64,000 bases of DNA from an uncultured bacterium (GTDB lineage: Bacteria > Armatimonadota > UBA5829), in the NCBI GenBank assembly GCA_938074205.1, contig CALJES010000001.1, positions 36,268 to 100,267 of the forward strand, in the 5' to 3' direction. A program made the position numbers and the translations under genes. Shown here piece after piece: positions 56,178 to 64,000 of this stretch; the stretch's first letter is position 1, and each line of letters starts with the position of its first letter. Below the pieces are notes generated by a model, which was not told the DNA's origin, ran no database searches, and saw nothing but the letters and a program-made list of their open reading frames with translations.

Positions 56178-56489
56178 GTGTACGCCATAGTTCAGGCTGG
56201 AGGCAAGCAATACAAGGTTACGAACAATGAGGTCATATCTGTTAACCGACTTGCCGTACCAGAGGGAGAGGAAATCGTACTGGACCGTGTGTTGCTGGTT
56301 GCGAAAGATGGCGGAGTTCAAATAGGCACCCCGTTCGTGCCGGGGGCAAAAGTAGTTGGCCAGGTGGTTCGTCACTACAAGGGCCGCAAGATTCGCGGAT
56401 TTACGTATAAGCCCAAAAAGGATGAGCGCCGACGATTTGGACACAGGCAGCTTTTGACATCGGTAGTAATAAAAGAGATACAAGCATAA
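56178..56489 (+). CDS. rplU: 50S ribosomal protein L21
   Basis: MYAIVQAGGKQYKV start. GTG initiation. Confidence 0.95.
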   Translation: MYAIVQAGGKQYKVTNNEVISVNRLAVPEGEEIVLDRVLLVAKDGGVQIGTPFVPGAKVVGQVVRHYKGRKIRGFTYKPKKDERRRFGHRQLLTSVVIKEIQA

Positions 56490-56563
56490 TGCTCTTAGTG
56501 TATTGTTATCCTGGGTCTGCTCGGTCATATTGATCGGTGCAGACGCGTTTTGGAGGTGGGCAT

Positions 56564-56821
56564 ATGGCTCATAAGAAAGGTGTTGGCAGTACTAGAAATG
56601 GAAGAGATAGTAATCCTAAGCGCTTGGGCGTGAAGGAATTCGCGGGCCAAATAGTAAAGGCGGGTAGCATCTTAGTTCGCCAGCGAGGAACACCCTTCCA
56701 TCCCGGACGTAACGTAGGGAAAGGCAAAGATGACACACTCTTCGCACTGGTTGACGGTGTAGTAAAGTTCGAAAGTTCAGGTGGCAGGAAGTGCGTGAGT
56801 GTGTATCCAACGTCAGGCTAG
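56564..56821 (+). CDS. rpmA: 50S ribosomal protein L27
   Basis: [27 protein letters not shown] 56564 lies behind GGAGGTG. No N-terminal propeptide. Confidence 0.95.
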   Translation: MAHKKGVGSTRNGRDSNPKRLGVKEFAGQIVKAGSILVRQRGTPFHPGRNVGKGKDDTLFALVDGVVKFESSGGRKCVSVYPTSG

Positions 56822-56943
56822 ACTAAGCACGCAGCTTAAGCCTAAGGTCCGTGGCTGTAGTATTAGGGCTGATACAAGCCAGGAAATTTCTGAAAACGTA
56901 GTCAACTTAGTCTGGTCCTGCACAACTTAGACTTTGGACCTTG

Positions 56944-56988
56944 CGAGGAAGGAAAGCGCCCAAGGGCATTTCCTTCCTCGTTGCTTTT
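56944..56988 (+). terminator. strong intrinsic terminator after rplU-rpmA
   Basis: 12-bp perfect stem CGAGGAAGGAAA (56944..55) / TTTCCTTCCTCG (56969..80) with a 13-nt loop, followed by TTGCTTTT. Confidence 0.75.
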
Positions 56989-57028
56989 GGAACCCTTGAA
57001 AGAGTCCGTAAGAAAGCGGGTGATTACA

Positions 57029-58258
57029 ATGACAAGATGGCCGTTGTACACAGCTGGCGTGGTGCTAGTCGGCATCGCCGCAACAACCTTTATGACCAGC
57101 CGACCGTCTTCCGCACCAGAGCGCAGAATACCTGTGAATCAGGCGCTGACAAAAGCCACCACCCAGTTTGGTTTTCGAGTTCTTAAACAACTCGCTGACG
57201 AATACGAAGGAAAGAATGTATTCATCTCACCTACCAGTATCTCAATAGCACTTTGTATGACTTATAACGGCGCTGCTGGCGAAACAAAGCGCGCGATGGC
57301 CAAAGTTTTGGAGCTGAATAGCTTGAGCTTACAGGAAATAAACAGCGCCTCAAAAAACCTTCTTGAAAATATGCAGGCGCCGGGCAAAGGGGTAACGATT
57401 CATTTCGCGAATTCACTGTGGGCGCGTAAGGACATCGAGTTCAAACCAGCGTTCATCGACACCAATCGCCGATATTACCGGGCAAAGGTAAGCGTTCTAG
57501 ATTTTGCAAGTCCTGAAACTCCAAAAACTATCAATAAGTGGGTGGACGTTCAAACTCACGGTCGGATCAAAGACATAGTGAAACTGATCGATGCCAACAC
57601 CGTACTTTTTCTGGTAAATGCAATATACTTCAATGGTATGTGGCAAGTAAAATTTGATCCTAAAGACACCCATCCTGCGGAATTCTTTCTACCCAATGGA
57701 TTTACAAAGACGGTGCGCATGATGTACCGCCGCGGCAGAATAAAGTATTTGCCTGGCGAGGGATTTGCCGCTGTGAAATTGCCATATGGCGAGGGAAGGT
57801 TCAGCATGTACATCTTCCTGCCCAGCAAGGATTCCAGTCTGAGGGAATTCTGCAATAAACTCGAAGTAGGGACTTGGAACAAGTGGATGAAAAGCTTTCA
57901 CAGCGTTGAATGTGACCTGTCGATGCCAAAGTTCAGAATAGAATATGAGGCCGAACTAACTGAGGCACTATCGGCTTTGGGAATGGCAATAGCATTCGAC
58001 ACTAATCGAGCAGATTTCAGAAACATGTTACCCTTCTCACCCCCGTCCAACGCCTACATAAATAGCGTCCTGCACAAAACGTTCGTAGAAGTAAGCGAAA
58101 AAGGCACTGAAGCGGCAGGGGCAACAAAGGTCGAAATTACATTATCAATTGCGGAGCCTGCAGTATCGTTCACGGTAGACAGGCCTTTCTTTTGCGCTAT
58201 AACAGATGACTTTACGGGCGCTGTGTTGTTCGCGGGCTTGATCTATGAACCAACGTAG
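57029..58258 (+). CDS. serpin-family protease inhibitor with N-terminal signal/anchor
   Basis: Serpin core (ISPTSISIALCMTYNGA, NAIYFNGMW). Inhibitory-type hinge EKGTEAAGAT and FTVDRPFF shutter/C-terminal block. Confidence 0.85.
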   Translation: MTRWPLYTAGVVLVGIAATTFMTSRPSSAPERRIPVNQALTKATTQFGFRVLKQLADEYEGKNVFISPTSISIALCMTYNGAAGETKRAMAKVLELNSLSLQEINSASKNLLENMQAPGKGVTIHFANSLWARKDIEFKPAFIDTNRRYYRAKVSVLDFASPETPKTINKWVDVQTHGRIKDIVKLIDANTVLFLVNAIYFNGMWQVKFDPKDTHPAEFFLPNGFTKTVRMMYRRGRIKYLPGEGFAAVKLPYGEGRFSMYIFLPSKDSSLREFCNKLEVGTWNKWMKSFHSVECDLSMPKFRIEYEAELTEALSALGMAIAFDTNRADFRNMLPFSPPSNAYINSVLHKTFVEVSEKGTEAAGATKVEITLSIAEPAVSFTVDRPFFCAITDDFTGAVLFAGLIYEPT

Positions 58259-58296
58259 CTTTAAATAAATGACCATATCTAGGCACTTTACTGTAG

Positions 58297-60694
<2,398 letters not shown>

Positions 60695-60729
60695 GCATAC
60701 AATAGCATTTAACTTTTTAGGAGTTGGGT

Positions 60730-61977
60730 ATGAGCGAGGTTGAGAGAAAATGCCGCGAGGCAAAGATCGCTACTGCAAAGCTCGCGACCATAGGTAGCAG
60801 TGTCAAGGACAAAGCCCTGCTTTCAATCGCCGAATCTCTGGAGCGGCAAAAACAAGTTATTCTCGATGCAAATGCGCGGGATGTAAAAACAGCTGAGGAA
60901 CGCGGCATCAGGGGAGCAGTGTTGAAGCGCCTGACACTTGACGACAAGAAGATTGCCCAGATGACCGATGGTGTTCGACAAATAGCATCTCTGCGGGATC
61001 CGGTCGGCGAAACAATCGAGGGTTACATTAGACCTAACGGGATGGAAGTGCGAAGGATCCGCGTTCCTCTGGGAGTAATTGGCATAATCTACGAGTCGAG
61101 ACCCAACGTAACAGTAGATGCTGCAGCTTTGTGTATAAAAGCTGGCAATGCGGTCGTATTGAGAGGCGGCTCCGAAGCAATCAATTCAAATCTGGCACTT
61201 GCAGGTATAATTCGAGATACGTTGGCCGCAAACGGCCTACCTGCAGAGGCTGTTCAGATAATCGAAACAACCGACAGATCTGCCGCACTTGAACTGATGA
61301 AAATGAAGGGTTATGTAGATTGCCTGATACCTCGAGGCGGCAAAAGCTTGATTCAGAGTGTGATCGAAAATGCCACTGTTCCAGTAATAGAGCACCTTGA
61401 CGGCAACTGTCACGTTTATGTAGATGGGGCTGCAAACCTAGCAATGGCAGAGGAAATAGTGATGAATGCCAAGCTGCAGAACCCGGGCGTGTGCAACGCG
61501 ATGGAAACACTATTGGTAAGCGAAGCAATTGCGGCAGAGTTCCTACCTAGAGTCTGCAAACGTTTGACAGACGCTGGTGTGGAACTTAGAGGCTGCGAAA
61601 AGACACGGCAGCTGGTTCCCGGCATAAAAGAAGCAACTGAAGAAGATTGGTTCACAGAGTATCTGGACTTGATTCTTGCCGTGAAGGTGGTAACTGGTCT
61701 AGATGAAGCCATCAGTCACATTAACACATATGGCAGCCACCACTCGGATGCTATAGTTACAGAGGATTATTCGGCAGCCAGGCGTTTTTCTAACGAGATA
61801 GACTCAGCTTGTGTTTTCGTCAACGTATCTACGCGCTTTTCGGACGGGTACGAATTCGGAAAAGGCGCGGAGATGGGAATCAGCACTCAAAAGCTTCACG
61901 CGCGCGGGCCGATGGGAGTTGAAGAGATCACAACATACAAGTACGTAGTCACCGGCAATGGTCAAATCCGGCAGTAG
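60730..61977 (+). CDS. proA: glutamate-5-semialdehyde dehydrogenase
   Basis: PLGVIGIIYESRPNVT, GNAVVLRGGSEA, NPGVCNAMETLLV, HGSHHSDAIVT. Confidence 0.95.
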   Translation: MSEVERKCREAKIATAKLATIGSSVKDKALLSIAESLERQKQVILDANARDVKTAEERGIRGAVLKRLTLDDKKIAQMTDGVRQIASLRDPVGETIEGYIRPNGMEVRRIRVPLGVIGIIYESRPNVTVDAAALCIKAGNAVVLRGGSEAINSNLALAGIIRDTLAANGLPAEAVQIIETTDRSAALELMKMKGYVDCLIPRGGKSLIQSVIENATVPVIEHLDGNCHVYVDGAANLAMAEEIVMNAKLQNPGVCNAMETLLVSEAIAAEFLPRVCKRLTDAGVELRGCEKTRQLVPGIKEATEEDWFTEYLDLILAVKVVTGLDEAISHINTYGSHHSDAIVTEDYSAARRFSNEIDSACVFVNVSTRFSDGYEFGKGAEMGISTQKLHARGPMGVEEITTYKYVVTGNGQIRQ

Positions 61978-62584
61978 CACAACCCTGCGAATCGGCATAA
62001 TGGGCGGAACTTTTGACCCAATACATATTGGGCACCTAATACTTGCTGAGGAGGCTTGGCAGCAATTCAGTCTGGACGTTGTACTTTTTGTGCCGGCCGG
62101 TGACCCACCGCATAAAAGTGGCAGAGTAGAAGCGCGTGGGAAAGATCGGCTGGAGATGGTCAAACTTGCCGTTAACGACAATGATCACTTCGAATATTCC
62201 ACTATGGAACTGGATCGCACTGGTCCCTCGTATACGATAGACACACTTCGTGAACTTCGGAAGCTACTAGGCGAATCGGCACAAATGTACCTGCTTATAG
62301 GAACCGACGAAGCCAGGAATTTGATGACGTGGCATGATCCATATGGTATTCAAGAGCTCGCCACGATTGCGGTTGCAGATCGACCGAATTACACTTTTGA
62401 AAGTGCGGCGCGACGGTTGCCCGAAAATCTTGCAAGTGGTCTAGTAAGGCTTAGGACTCCACGCCTGGACATATCATCGACCGATATTCGCCGACGCGTT
62501 AAAGCAAATCTTTCAATCAGGTATTTGGTTCCCCGCGCGGTGGAAACTTATATTTTGGACAAGTGCCTTTACGGGAATAGTTGA
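61958..62584 (+). CDS. nadD: nicotinate-nucleotide adenylyltransferase
   Basis: GIMGGTFDPIHIGHL (T/HxGH) and ISSTDIRRR. Confidence 0.9.
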   Translation: MVKSGSSTTLRIGIMGGTFDPIHIGHLILAEEAWQQFSLDVVLFVPAGDPPHKSGRVEARGKDRLEMVKLAVNDNDHFEYSTMELDRTGPSYTIDTLRELRKLLGESAQMYLLIGTDEARNLMTWHDPYGIQELATIAVADRPNYTFESAARRLPENLASGLVRLRTPRLDISSTDIRRRVKANLSIRYLVPRAVETYILDKCLYGNS

Positions 62585-63816
62585 TGAAAGGCATATCGTG
62601 GAAAATAGCGGTTGCGGTAATACTGTTAGGGTCTGCAATAGGTGTTGCACTTGGTACTTTCCTTGCTGTCTGGCTGCCGACAATGAAAGCAACCGGCACA
62701 GACCTGGTCGACGTATTCGGATCCGCTTTCCATGGCCAACGATATGTGCGAATCCTAATGATAGGTGAAGACGATACGGCCATTCGCAACAAAAACGCAC
62801 GCGGACTTTCAGACACGTTGGTCATAGTTGCGCTCGACACTCAAACCAAGGAAATACGCGCAATATCCATTCCGCGAGACACACGCGTTGAGATACCAGG
62901 GCATGGTTACTGTAAGATTAACGCAGCTCACGCTTTCGGAGGCCCGCAACTTACAAAGCAAGTAGTAGAGAATATTTTGGGAGTTCCTATAGATTACTAC
63001 ATAAAGACAAATACACGCGGTCTTCGAGGACTGGTGGACCTTCTCGGTGGCGTATACATAAAAATCGAAAAAGATATGTACTACGTAGATCGCCGAGGTG
63101 GGCTTTATATTAACCTGAAGGCGAAGCCTGAAAAACAACTTCTAAACGGCCGGCAAGCTGAAGGATACGTTCGGTTTCGACACGACGCTTTCGGTGACAG
63201 CGGGTACCGAATCGTAAAAGGCAGGAAGGTGCCAGCTGGAAGAATAGTTCGTCAGCAAATATTCATGCGAGCCCTTGCAAACAGAATCCTAAGCCTTCCT
63301 ACGAAAAGAGAAAGAGCGCGAGTCCTACAAACTGCCTACGAACGCGGATATATAGTGAGTGATCTTAACCTGAAGGACTGGGATCAACTGGCGGATCTGA
63401 TCAAAGATTTCAAGCCAGAAGAAATGAAGATGGCTATTCTGCCGGGAAGACCCGGTAACATCGGCGGAGTCAGCTATTGGCTACCCGACTTCACAGAGGC
63501 CAGGCAAGTGATCGCAGAGATGCTACTGTTCCAAGAGCCTAATCCTACGGTCGAAGTTCTCAACGGAAGTGGTGTACCTGGGGCAGCTAGAAAAATAGCT
63601 GAGAAACTAGCTGAAGCCGGTTACCAGGTGATGCGCACCGACAACGCTCCGAAATCAGACTATTACCAATCAATGATTATCACACACAAAGGGAAGACTG
63701 AACCGGTTATGCGGCTTGCGGAGCTAGTCGGTTGCAACCTGATTATCGAAGATGGAACACCGCCGAAGGGCGCAGATGTCACAATCATTGTAGGAAAAAG
63801 CCAAGTGACGCCGTGA
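62584..63816 (+). CDS. LytR-CpsA-Psr (LCP) family protein with C-terminal LytR_C domain
   Basis: N-terminal TM. LMIGEDDTAIRNKNARGLSDTLVIVALD, INAAHAFGGPQL, and later VEVLNGSGVPGAARKIAEKLAEAGY. Confidence 0.85.
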   Translation: MKGISWKIAVAVILLGSAIGVALGTFLAVWLPTMKATGTDLVDVFGSAFHGQRYVRILMIGEDDTAIRNKNARGLSDTLVIVALDTQTKEIRAISIPRDTRVEIPGHGYCKINAAHAFGGPQLTKQVVENILGVPIDYYIKTNTRGLRGLVDLLGGVYIKIEKDMYYVDRRGGLYINLKAKPEKQLLNGRQAEGYVRFRHDAFGDSGYRIVKGRKVPAGRIVRQQIFMRALANRILSLPTKRERARVLQTAYERGYIVSDLNLKDWDQLADLIKDFKPEEMKMAILPGRPGNIGGVSYWLPDFTEARQVIAEMLLFQEPNPTVEVLNGSGVPGAARKIAEKLAEAGYQVMRTDNAPKSDYYQSMIITHKGKTEPVMRLAELVGCNLIIEDGTPPKGADVTIIVGKSQVTP

Positions 63817-63920
63817 GTGATATGCGAGAAGCTAGCTGGTAAGGTCCTACATCCGCTTCAGGCGTTACAATAAGCCAAAAAGCTAGAATAAGATCCTTTT
63901 CAACTGGAGGAGAAAAAACT

Positions 63921-64000
63921 ATCGAGACTCAAGAGAAGCTTCGAATAGTACAAGAGATATTGAGTGAGAAAAAGGCAGAGGATGTTGAGGTTATCGAGGT
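63921..64000 (+). CDS. rsfS: probable ribosome silencing factor RsfS, 5' fragment (runs off window)
   Basis: The in-frame IETQEKLRIVQEILSEKKAEDVEVIEV resembles the RsfS N-terminus and follows nadD/LCP as in many genomes. GGAGGA is at 63906. No canonical start was found (ATC 63921 or TTG 63960), so the start is uncertain. Confidence 0.4.
   Translation, partial: METQEKLRIVQEILSEKKAEDVEVIE

Overview
This 64-kb window is a chromosomal segment with about 60 protein-coding genes and one tRNA-Arg(TCG). I saw no rRNA, CRISPR array, transposase, integrase or phage structural genes. The gene content includes several prepilin-type N-terminal methylation-domain proteins, a PEP-CTERM protein, an LCP protein and solitary hisF and hisJ-type genes. 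This suggests a diderm bacterium of the Armatimonadota/PVC kind, but that is inference only.

Layout:
- 1-11.5 kb: housekeeping genes (HAD hydrolase, DRG-like GTPase, hisF, uvrC-ogt, rapZ-yvcK, maf, Zn-ADH).
- 11.7-15.2 kb: two decayed secreted-protein genes plus a pseudopilin-like gene.
- 15.3-19.9 kb: a 5'-nucleotidase and a sugar ABC importer.
- 20-28.7 kb: tandem HD-GYP protein, PHP histidinol phosphatase, tRNA-Arg, a GH63-like glycosidase, a beta-lactamase-like/PRTase-like pair and an SGNH-type esterase.
- 28.8-39.8 kb, all on the minus strand: arsR, ArsP-like permease, two thioredoxins, an octaheme cytochrome c, an OprO/P-like porin, arsC, acr3, two Cys-motif proteins and two radical SAM enzymes.
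- 40-44.4 kb: an intact paralog of the decayed cassette and an ECF transporter with an FmdE-like insert.
- 44.4-51.4 kb: dynamin-like GTPase, GNAT, GH42-like hydrolase, Spy-like chaperone, UDG family 4 and HIT protein.
- 51.7-64 kb: a conserved core cluster (TIGR03960-type radical SAM, rng, rplU, rpmA, serpin, obg, proB, proA, nadD, LCP, start of rsfS).

The most unusual content is the ars-linked cytochrome/porin/radical-SAM string. Next are the cytoplasmic beta-lactamase-like/PRTase-like operon and the cluster of in-frame stops confined to two adjacent genes. All functional calls come from reading motifs by eye; no database search was run.
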